Assembly (NCBI RefSeq): GCF_000392435.1
Contig: NC_021219.1
Span: 1 to 32,000, forward strand
DNA length: 32,000 bases
Direction: 5' to 3'
From: Candidatus Saccharimonas aalborgensis
GTDB lineage: Bacteria; Patescibacteriota; Saccharimonadia; Saccharimonadales; Saccharimonadaceae
Shown piece by piece: positions 1 through 7,547 of the stretch. Within the stretch, counting starts at the first letter, position 1. Every line of letters begins with the position of its first letter. The position numbers were made by a program, and so were the translations under genes. The notes below the pieces were generated by a model. That model saw only the letters and a list, made by a program, of their open reading frames with translations. It searched no databases and had not been told where the DNA came from.

Positions 1-294
1 AATCGTTGCCTTGATGCTATTTTGACCACCGTGCGGAACATTATAGCTTGAAGACGCCGTATACGTGCCATCCTTGTAGGACGTAGCAGTCGAGGAATCA
101 CCAGAAGACGTTGTGGCTGTAGTATTAGTCGTTTGAGTGTTGCTCGCTGTGCTCGAATTTGTCGTTGAGACTGAGTTTGTCGCTACATACGACGGACGAT
201 CACCTCCAGACAATAGCGTCACTGCCCCATAACCGGCCGCCGTAATAAGGGCAACTGAGCCAATAACAACAAAAATCTTGTTTTTTGTATCCAT
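1..294 (-). CDS. N-terminal part of a membrane-anchored/secreted protein, possibly FMN-binding-like; runs off the left edge
   Basis: Minus-strand ORF open to the window edge. Translation begins MDTKNKIFVVIGSVALITAAGYGAVTLLSGG (signal/TM), then a Ser/Thr/Asn-rich linker, then YKDGTYTASSSYNVPHGGQNSIKAT. Confidence 0.6.
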   Translation of the reverse strand, partial: MDTKNKIFVVIGSVALITAAGYGAVTLLSGGDRPSYVATNSVSTTNSSTASNTQTTNTTATTSSGDSSTATSYKDGTYTASSSYNVPHGGQNSIKATI

Positions 295-379
295 CTGTCG
301 TTAATTACCACCTGGTTGTGTTGTTGGCTGATCTGTCGTCGATGATCGCATCATGCCCCGATACCTACCACCGAAATTG

Positions 380-625
380 CTATCTATCGCCATTGATTTG
401 AGATCGTGACTCCATCATACCGCCGCGACCGTTCCCATACTGTGACTGACCTTGATGACCAATCAGATATCCGAGCAAAATACCAATGAAAAAGAATAGT
501 GCCGTCATTGCGACCGCAATATACATTGTCTTATTTGAGTTAGATGTCACTTCAGTATGGCAATGTTCTGCACAGACATGCGACGCCGTGACTGGCGAAT
601 CTGTTTCTTTGATAACCGTTTTCAT
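380..625 (-). CDS. Small single-TM protein, 81 aa, unknown function
   Basis: Complete ORF with a strong hydrophobic segment (MYIAVAMTALFFFIGILLGYLIGH), a Cys/His-containing N-terminus (HVCAEHCH) and a Shine-Dalgarno-like GGAG upstream. Confidence 0.55.
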   Translation of the reverse strand: MKTVIKETDSPVTASHVCAEHCHTEVTSNSNKTMYIAVAMTALFFFIGILLGYLIGHQGQSQYGNGRGGMMESRSQINGDR

Positions 626-682
626 ATATTCTCCTTTTATTGACCTATGTGTTCAGTATCGAAAGAATGTCTTAAACTAACC

Positions 683-1285
683 TTAAAAATGACGTCTTTG
701 CCTGCTGATGTCATTTGTTAGAGACAAGAACCACGCATAGGCATAGACCAGCCCATACATCTCAACTGACAGAAGTGAGATACTATGCGTAAGATGATAG
801 ACCGCCATCAGGAGTCCCGTAGTGAGTACTGCAATGTAGCCGATATAGTGCGTTCGATCAGAAAAAGCGTCTGATATATTTTTCAGAAAGAACATCAGCG
901 AGCAGAGCAACGTAAACTCTCCGTATCCGAAAAAGTCATGAATATGGGGATGTTGGTCATAGGTAAACACAGCAAGCCCGATCCAGCAAAATGCAATAGA
1001 AATAAACCAATTACGGATCAACTCAGCGCCCCTGGGCATATCTATGCCATACATATCCTTTCGAACCAATATACCCATCGTCATCAGACAGATCGCTGCA
1101 ACCACAAGTGAAGCGTTAAATAATGCTGCCGAGAGATGACCATGCTCGCCGAGACGACTTAGGTGAAGCTGGAGCCACAGGGTATCGGGTGCTAGGAGCA
1201 TACCGAGAACTATACCGGTTGTTCCCACCAAAACGAGTGCCGATGCGGCATGAGAACTTCTGTAGTGATGTTCGGGTACTCTCAT
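683..1285 (-). CDS. Polytopic integral membrane protein (DUF998-like topology), unknown function
   Basis: ORF 683..1351. The start probably lies at MRVPEHHYRSS (1285), because the longer form would read into the terminator hairpin at 1316-1352. Multiple hydrophobic segments. Confidence 0.65.
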   Translation of the reverse strand: MRVPEHHYRSSHAASALVLVGTTGIVLGMLLAPDTLWLQLHLSRLGEHGHLSAALFNASLVVAAICLMTMGILVRKDMYGIDMPRGAELIRNWFISIAFCWIGLAVFTYDQHPHIHDFFGYGEFTLLCSLMFFLKNISDAFSDRTHYIGYIAVLTTGLLMAVYHLTHSISLLSVEMYGLVYAYAWFLSLTNDISRQRRHF

Positions 1286-1315
1286 AACTTTATTGTAACA
1301 AAAAACTAATTGCCT

Positions 1316-1352
1316 GTTGGGCGTACTCCGTGTATCACGGAGTACGCCCAAC
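1316..1352 (-). terminator. Intrinsic terminator with a perfect 17-bp stem
   Basis: GTTGGGCGTACTCCGTG-TAT-CACGGAGTACGCCCAAC. On the minus strand it is followed within ~10 nt by TTTTTT. Confidence 0.8.
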
Positions 1353-1363
1353 TCGACGACCGA

Positions 1364-1669
1364 TCAGGTGAGGCGACCGTTGGAATATCCTCCCCTCAGC
1401 GCCTCCGTTGCCAGCCAGTTGCGCAGGTACAGCGCTGCCCGCAGCATAGCAAGTCGTGCACCGAGGTTCGTCACCTCTTTCGAGGTGAGTGGCCCGTAGG
1501 AGCGCAGCGTGCTGCTCCCCCATCTGGCGATAACCACGATACCTGCGTCATGGAGCGCATTGACGGCTACCCAGCCATGCTGGACAGGCCAGGTGTGCAC
1601 CGGATAAACCGGAACCCCAAGCACTGAGCTCGGCAGTCCTTCGTACAGATCGTCGATGTGACCGCTCAT
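1364..1669 (-). CDS. Small hypothetical protein, 101 aa
   Basis: Complete ORF MSGHIDDLYEG...GGYSNGRLT preceded by a strong RBS (GGGAGGTG, minus strand) and followed by the terminator at 1316-1352. Confidence 0.6.
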   Translation of the reverse strand: MSGHIDDLYEGLPSSVLGVPVYPVHTWPVQHGWVAVNALHDAGIVVIARWGSSTLRSYGPLTSKEVTNLGARLAMLRAALYLRNWLATEALRGGYSNGRLT

Positions 1670-1782
1670 CTTTCACCTCCCACCAACGGTTGTCGGGATA
1701 GACGGTACAAATATACAGTGTATCTACTGCAAGCTAAAACACAAGCACATGCTTTTTGCATTAAACATGGGCAGAATAGCAA

Positions 1783-2199
1783 CTATTTATTGAGTGCAAA
1801 GGTTTTTATGATGACATCAACATCTTGCATCAGGTCAGGGTGAGCCAGTATTTGCTCACCTGTCATCCACTTGTAATCAACATGCTCTCTTGGTTGAAGA
1901 ACTATTGACGGCCTTTGGTTAACGTGTAGTTCAAAAACTGGGAAAACGACGGTCATATTGGGATACTCGATAGGAAGTTCGCCCAGCCTCCTAAATTGTG
2001 ATACCTCAGACTTTATGCCCGTTTCCTCAAACAACTCTCGAGCGATCGCCTGGTCATCTGTCTCTCCGGCTTCAACTTTTCCTCCAGGTATTCCCCAGAG
2101 TGATGGATCAGTTTCCTTCTTCGTACGGAATAACATCAAAATATCAGCATTATGCCTGACAATACACCCTACAACTCTTAAAACTTTCTTATCGGTCAT
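1783..2199 (-). CDS. NUDIX hydrolase
   Basis: Nudix box GGKVEAGETDDQAIARELFEETGI. Start MTDKKVLRVVG chosen at 2199, since the long ORF (to 2445) overlaps the upstream gene. Confidence 0.85.
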   Translation of the reverse strand: MTDKKVLRVVGCIVRHNADILMLFRTKKETDPSLWGIPGGKVEAGETDDQAIARELFEETGIKSEVSQFRRLGELPIEYPNMTVVFPVFELHVNQRPSIVLQPREHVDYKWMTGEQILAHPDLMQDVDVIIKTFALNK

Positions 2200-2245
2200 A
2201 TACGTATCCTCAATTATGTTGGTTATTGTAGCACATCTATGTTTG

Positions 2246-2788
2246 TTACCCTTTGGGAGCCTGCTTAACGATCTGATGAAGAATGCCCACTCGCTCTGAG
2301 ATCGCCACGTCCGGCATAGTGATTGTCCGGATACCAAGTTCTTTATACAGCTGCGCCAACCGCTGGTGTATTTCCATAGCTTGTTCAATTGTCTCAAAGC
2401 GTTCGCCGTACGTGCCGACAAACTCGCATAGGATAACCGTGTCATAGGCAGCTATCTTTGCACTTTGTGCGGCACGATCCGCAATACCATCCAAGCCAGC
2501 CATCTGAGCATAGACGATGGTATCGGCTACCCCTCGATCAAAGACAGCTATCGAGTCATCAGCAACAGATTGATGCTGACGATGAGCTACCTCTAGGCAT
2601 GCCCCGCAAAACTGTTCAGGATTTGCGATCAATTCATCGACGCTATAGCCCTTTTCGCCATGGTGTTCAGCCAATACGACGGACGCCGGCTCAGGAAAGG
2701 CGACAACTGTCGGATCAAAACGAGCATATGCCTCAAGCAGAGAGGTCTTGCCCGTATGCGGCCCACCGGTGAGGACTATCTTCGTCAT
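2246..2788 (-). CDS. P-loop NTPase (AAA_28 / nucleoside-kinase-like)
   Basis: Walker A GGPHTGKTS at the N-terminus, then FPEPASVV, then FDRGVADTIVYA (Walker B / DRG-like). Confidence 0.7.
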   Translation of the reverse strand: MTKIVLTGGPHTGKTSLLEAYARFDPTVVAFPEPASVVLAEHHGEKGYSVDELIANPEQFCGACLEVAHRQHQSVADDSIAVFDRGVADTIVYAQMAGLDGIADRAAQSAKIAAYDTVILCEFVGTYGERFETIEQAMEIHQRLAQLYKELGIRTITMPDVAISERVGILHQIVKQAPKG

Positions 2789-2844
2789 AGTTTACCTGTT
2801 ATATCACTTTTACTAGCTTTTGTATAATATTTGCTTAATAACGC

Positions 2845-2873
2845 TTGAATTTTGTTGATGTTTGTGATATAAT
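2845..2873 (+). promoter_or_regulatory. Sigma70-type promoter driving the plus-strand PurN-like/ThyX-like operon
   Basis: TTGAAT (2845-2850), 17-bp spacer, TATAAT (2868-2873); the GTG start at 2916 has GGAGG at 2901. Confidence 0.65.
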
Positions 2874-2915
2874 AATTATCATTAGAACATAACCTGCTGC
2901 GGAGGCAAAAGTTAC

Positions 2916-3640
2916 GTGACGGAATTAACTCAAAAAGTGATCGATACTTTCCAGACTCGACCAAACGTTGCTGTTTTGATGAGCCTGGGTGGGTCAAATG
3001 CCGAGCGTCTCTCGGTGACCCTGACATTCGTAAGTTATATGATATATCTACCGTGGTATCCGATCAACCGAGCTCAAGAGGAGCTGAGGTCGCCGGTGAG
3101 CACGGACTTGACTATCTACTACGTCCTGTCGATCGATTTCGCACACCGGACGAGCGAGAAGCCTACTTCGATGCACTCTGCGCTGAATTAGGCGAACGCG
3201 GTGTGACGGCGTGTTTTTATGCTGGTTTTATGAAGATTTCAAAAGGTAAATTTGTTCGTGAGCTGCCAGGTATCAACGCACACCCGGCCGATTTAACCGT
3301 TACCGATGAAAGTGGTGTTCCGCTTTTTAGGGGGATGGATGCAATAAGCGCGATGCGCGCAGGCACCGACGGCATGATAGGTGCATCAACACACGTCGTC
3401 GCTGACAAAGTCGACACTGGTGCAACGTTTATTCGGTCGCTTCCCATTCACGCCCCCGCTAATATGACTGACGAGGCCTGTCATCAGCGCATCAAACAAG
3501 CTGAGCACCAGATCTATCCGCTGACACTGCGCATGCTTGGAAAAGGGTTAATTGACATAAGCCGCATGCCATATACATTTGATGAAGCAACGGGAATACT
3601 AACTGACGCATCAGGAAAGGTAGTTGACTATGACAAGTAA
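2916..3640 (+). CDS. PurN-like 10-formyl-THF-dependent formyltransferase, apparently split by a frameshift at ~3009-3014
   Basis: ORF 2916..3191 (VTELTQKVIDTFQTRPNVAVLMSLGGSNAERL...) and ORF 3053..3640 join to give ...GGSNAERL(L)GDPDIRKLYDISTVVSDQPSSRGAEVAGEHGLDY.... GINAHPADL matches the NxH catalytic motif, ADKVDTGATF the catalytic Asp region, and RIKQAEHQIYP the C-terminus. Confidence 0.75.
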
Positions 3641-4403
3641 GGTTGAGGTGATCGGCTCTACACCAACACTCGATATTGCAGACTTTTTCGAGGCGATAGC
3701 TCGTGAACCGCGGGCAAACAAACTTGGCGCTGCACTGGGGTTTGCTGGCTGCGCAAGCTGGGATGATGAAGGACGATATATCTGTGGGCCAAGCGTAAGC
3801 TTGGTAGGAATCGGCGGTGTACCGATTAGCCCAGAATTACTCGCGTTGTATCAGGATGGTGGCCGAAACATGATGGCGGCTTCGGCCGGAATGTCGTACC
3901 TCAATAGTGGCAACAAGCCTCTTGACGCCCTGTATCCATCTGTCATTGCCCGTGGTCATCACTCCATCGCACATACAACCACAGCCAATCTGCTTGTTGC
4001 TGGCGTTTCGAGTGGTGTCGAAAATGAATTTAATTCTCAGCGCGACGTCGTGCATCTCAGCCGTGTCACCAATGCTCGCACCGGCATCCAAGATCGGCCA
4101 CCAATTGTCGTGCCTTCCGCTGATCTGTTACCAATCACGCGCCATATCGTTGAAGCAACAGACGATGCACTTGCTACACTGCCAGCATCGACATCACTTG
4201 ACGAGAGAGAGGAACGTAATCTGCTCTATCCCTCAGCCAAAGCAACGCTTTTTTTGGCAACAGCGAGTCTGAGAAACTTCCAAAAACTAGTTGCTCAGGC
4301 GCATGATGATGGCAAAGAAAAAGAATACCAAACCGCACTCAGTGCAATCAACGACTGCTTATCATCACTATGGCCAGAGTTATTTACCCAGGAGGAACGC
4401 TAA
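3630..4403 (+). CDS. Divergent ThyX-family (flavin-dependent thymidylate synthase-like) protein
   Basis: GHHSIAHTTTANLLVAGVSSGVENEFNSQRDVVHLSRVTNAR resembles the GHxSxxEHxxFTFxIxGxSRAxxxQxxRHRxxSxxxxSxR region. The C-terminal LLYPSAKATLFLATASLRNFQKLV...ALSAINDCLSSLWPELF resembles the ThyX C-terminal pattern. Start ATG at 3630 (alternative TTG at 3624). Confidence 0.65.
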   Translation: MTSKVEVIGSTPTLDIADFFEAIAREPRANKLGAALGFAGCASWDDEGRYICGPSVSLVGIGGVPISPELLALYQDGGRNMMAASAGMSYLNSGNKPLDALYPSVIARGHHSIAHTTTANLLVAGVSSGVENEFNSQRDVVHLSRVTNARTGIQDRPPIVVPSADLLPITRHIVEATDDALATLPASTSLDEREERNLLYPSAKATLFLATASLRNFQKLVAQAHDDGKEKEYQTALSAINDCLSSLWPELFTQEER

Positions 4404-4404
4404 A

Positions 4405-5856
4405 GTGGTGCGACGGCTCGAGATTCACTCTACCTCACCAGATCACGGCGAGCGAGCCGCCGGCATCAAAGATACGCTTCGTCGTCACTTTGGTGTCTAC
4501 GGTGTCAAGCTAGCGTCGATCTATGATGCACCAGAGGAGGGAGTCTTCCTGTGGGATGGCGAGAGACACACGCCAGCAAGTGATACCGATCTCGCGGATT
4601 ATATCACCGAAACGCAGCGTCTTGAGGCCCCGGATCAAAGCTGTCGTGAAGATGCAGCCCTCCTCGATCGCTACTTCGATGACCAAGGACGTCTTGATAT
4701 ATATCGAAACCCCCTAGATTGGGTTTCCAGCAATCCTATGATTGCCGCATTGATCGAGAAAGATCCGCGCATCAATAATGTCCTAGCTTTTCTGTGCGAA
4801 CAGCGTGGATTGTTCCTAAAACCACCTCAGTATCGATTGCAGGGGAACTACTGGAACTCACCGTCAAATGGCGGTCTTCCTATTGTCCGCAAGAAAGACC
4901 CCATTCATGAGGGTACATTTATGCTTCACGACCTCTATCACCTGTTGATACAGGATCCGCTGCCGTATGATACCACTCAGGCAACACACGGACGGGCAAA
5001 CTTCCTCCATCACCGCATGGCTTCAGAGGCGACAACGATGGTGATGGCGGATATGCAGGGAGTGCACGTTGCCGAGCTTCGCGAACAAGGCTATGACACT
5101 TCAAAGCGACGGATTTATCCTGTGTTTGAAGCAATTTTAGAACACGCACCATCTGCCACTATTACCGATGTATTGTCAGCGAATATCGACTTCTGTTTGA
5201 CTGGTTCGACGCGTGCCTACGAGGCACTCGGTGTTCCCCCCGAGGTGCTGGCAACGTTCTGTGAGAAATACGACACGTTCTTTAGTGCTGATTATGATTG
5301 GAACGCTCATAATTTCGATGCTGTTGCACAAACTGTCGAACGTGATGCCGCACAGCATGAGTATTTCCAGCTCGCACGTGAACTGTATGGCCTACCCATG
5401 ATTGATGACCTATACGGTGAAATGGAAGCCAAGGATGTGATATTGGAGCGGTTTGCCGATCAGATCCAGGAAGCTTATAGCTACACTCCTCACAATGATG
5501 AGGTGTCACGAATGAAAGAAGTAGCGAAACGATACTTTGGGGGACAACTGGCTCTCTTTTATCAAGATACGTTCCGTCAATATCGTGACTCGCCTCTGTT
5601 TGAGATATACCTATCGACTTCACGTCTGTTGCTAGAGGCAGCTAGTCCTGAGGCTATCAGAGAATATACCGAGGCGCTCAACGATATCATTAGCACACTC
5701 CTCGATCAGCAGCGAACTGCGGGGGCTATTGACTCACAGCAATACGAACTCTATCGAATGCACGTACCACTGTATCCTGCATACTTTATCAATTATCAGC
5801 AAGAGCAGGGCCAGATCATTCCGCTCCGAGAACGCATTTCTGGTATGCAGCTATAG
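4405..5856 (+). CDS. ~483 aa protein of unknown function; possible PurS-like N-terminal fold and His/Glu-rich core
   Basis: GTG starts at 4405/4408 preceded by GGAGG (4391-4395), immediately after the ThyX-like stop. Contains EGTFMLHDLYHLL and FLHHRMASEATTMVMADM. N-terminus VVRRLEIHSTSPDHGERAAGIKDTLRRHFGVYGVKLASIYDA. Confidence 0.8.
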   Translation: MVRRLEIHSTSPDHGERAAGIKDTLRRHFGVYGVKLASIYDAPEEGVFLWDGERHTPASDTDLADYITETQRLEAPDQSCREDAALLDRYFDDQGRLDIYRNPLDWVSSNPMIAALIEKDPRINNVLAFLCEQRGLFLKPPQYRLQGNYWNSPSNGGLPIVRKKDPIHEGTFMLHDLYHLLIQDPLPYDTTQATHGRANFLHHRMASEATTMVMADMQGVHVAELREQGYDTSKRRIYPVFEAILEHAPSATITDVLSANIDFCLTGSTRAYEALGVPPEVLATFCEKYDTFFSADYDWNAHNFDAVAQTVERDAAQHEYFQLARELYGLPMIDDLYGEMEAKDVILERFADQIQEAYSYTPHNDEVSRMKEVAKRYFGGQLALFYQDTFRQYRDSPLFEIYLSTSRLLLEAASPEAIREYTEALNDIISTLLDQQRTAGAIDSQQYELYRMHVPLYPAYFINYQQEQGQIIPLRERISGMQL

Positions 5857-5876
5857 CTCACTATCTTTTAGCGTAG

Positions 5877-6437
5877 TTAACGACCAAGATATTCGACAAT
5901 ATCGGTTACTGTACGATCAAGTTGTCCAATGCGATTGATAACTACCTGATCAAATTGAGGCATCAAGCTAAGATCGGTTGGCTCAACTGCCAGTCGGGCG
6001 GCTATCTCATCCTCAGGTACACCGTGTTGTCTCATCTGTATAGCAATGTCAGACCAGGCAGCCGGTAAGAGTAGTGTTGTGCGGACAAATCCGGCACCTC
6101 TCGCACGCAGTTGTTCACGTAATTGAAGGGCTGTATGGGTTGCAACGTTGAATGTTCTGTCGTCACCTTCATCGAGTGCTTGCTCAAGAACTTTTAGAGG
6201 CGTCCCATATATTCCTGACGGAGTTTCTAACACGTCAAACATCGGCGTAGAAGCAGCTAGTTCACCAAACTCACTTTTAGATACAAAGTGATAGTCGATG
6301 CCATCACGCTCTCCTGATCGGGGAGGACGTGTTGCAAACGGAACGATAGGCATAATGCCATGATCATCCCGAAGTTTCTCGATAACTGTTGTTTTGCCAA
6401 TACCGCGGGGTCCAGAAAGAGTTACTATTCTTCCCAT
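5877..6437 (-). CDS. Guanylate kinase-like P-loop kinase
   Basis: GPRGIGKTT P-loop, TRPPRSGERDGIDYHFVSKSEF (GMP-binding-like) and IYGTP motifs. The usual EIDVQGA motif is replaced by FNVATHTAL. Confidence 0.75.
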   Translation of the reverse strand: MGRIVTLSGPRGIGKTTVIEKLRDDHGIMPIVPFATRPPRSGERDGIDYHFVSKSEFGELAASTPMFDVLETPSGIYGTPLKVLEQALDEGDDRTFNVATHTALQLREQLRARGAGFVRTTLLLPAAWSDIAIQMRQHGVPEDEIAARLAVEPTDLSLMPQFDQVVINRIGQLDRTVTDIVEYLGR

Positions 6438-6479
6438 ATAGTATATATTATACTACTTTAGTGTTTTTCTGTCAATATT

Positions 6480-7526
6480 TTACACTGTCTGAGCCAAAGC
6501 AGCGTTGAGGATTGCTACTTCGCGACGTTTCATCATTTCAAGCCCAACTTTGCTACCATCTTCATCTGTAGTGGTCGCCGACTGAATCAGCCGAATTGCC
6601 TCGGCGTATGAAGGCACCCAGACGAGCTCCATTCCCTGAGCAGCTTCTTTTTGGGTAAGGTTCGTACCGACAAATTGATCTGTAAGTGCCCGATAACAGT
6701 AAGAGATTTGACGCATGCCATCAAAATAACGCTGCTCGATGACAACTCCCAGCGGGACAATAGTGTGAATAGTATACCCGGCTTCTTCCTGTACTTCACG
6801 CCGTAATCCATCCAAACGATCCTCATTCGTCTTAATACCGCCACCCGGTAATTTGTAGGAGCCGGTCTTAGTAAAGTGCATCAGGGCTATCTCACCCCGA
6901 CCATTTATAAGAACAACTCGCGCTGCATGACGAGTGTAGGACATCGCCCGGTCCTTTGGATCCACAAGCCCAAGCTCATGTTGATCTTGAGAAAGAATGA
7001 TCGGCAGTCCATCGGCACATGATCGTTCGATTATCGAGCAAATAAACCCACTTTTTGCCGCAGTATAGGCCTCCCTGTTATTTGCGTGCTGTTCGGCTAG
7101 TTGCCTCTTGAGAGCAGCATACTCCTCTCTTGCGTTACTGTGAGTACGTAAATAATTACGAAATGCAAGGACATCGGTATAAGCGGGGCTATCTTTTAGG
7201 ACGATGTGCAGGTAGTGGGTCCTGGCATGATCGGGTCCCTTGGGGACAAATATTTCCCAATCTTTGATCCGCTCGGGCATCCAGTGATACCCCAATGCCT
7301 CAAGTCCAGAGATATTTTGATATACTTCGTCAAATGAATCAACACCTATGAGGATATCAATGATCGGCTTGGCTACGAGACCCTGTACGGCCGTACTGCC
7401 TACGTGATGAATATCCTCACCCGAGAAGACGGGTTGAAGCAGCTCCTTTTCGTGCAAAAAGTCACTTGGCCAATCTCTACTGTAGTTGACCAGTTTCACC
7501 GTCTCCCTCGCGAGTCCAGCTGCCAT
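6480..7526 (-). CDS. Fusion protein: N-terminal GrpB/UPF0157 nucleotidyltransferase-like domain plus C-terminal NUDIX domain
   Basis: VNYSRDWPSDFLHEKELL...IHHVGSTAVQGLVAKPIIDILIGV...RTHYLHIVLKDS (GrpB), then LPGGGIKTNEDRLDGLRREVQEEAG (Nudix box) in one continuous ORF. Confidence 0.85.
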   Translation of the reverse strand: MAAGLARETVKLVNYSRDWPSDFLHEKELLQPVFSGEDIHHVGSTAVQGLVAKPIIDILIGVDSFDEVYQNISGLEALGYHWMPERIKDWEIFVPKGPDHARTHYLHIVLKDSPAYTDVLAFRNYLRTHSNAREEYAALKRQLAEQHANNREAYTAAKSGFICSIIERSCADGLPIILSQDQHELGLVDPKDRAMSYTRHAARVVLINGRGEIALMHFTKTGSYKLPGGGIKTNEDRLDGLRREVQEEAGYTIHTIVPLGVVIEQRYFDGMRQISYCYRALTDQFVGTNLTQKEAAQGMELVWVPSYAEAIRLIQSATTTDEDGSKVGLEMMKRREVAILNAALAQTV

Positions 7527-7547
7527 ACTACATTGTTTCTCGAGCTA

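Noticed and set aside
1310-1627. 105 aa plus-strand ORF
   Set aside because: It overlaps the terminator hairpin and the minus-strand 101 aa gene, which has a better RBS.
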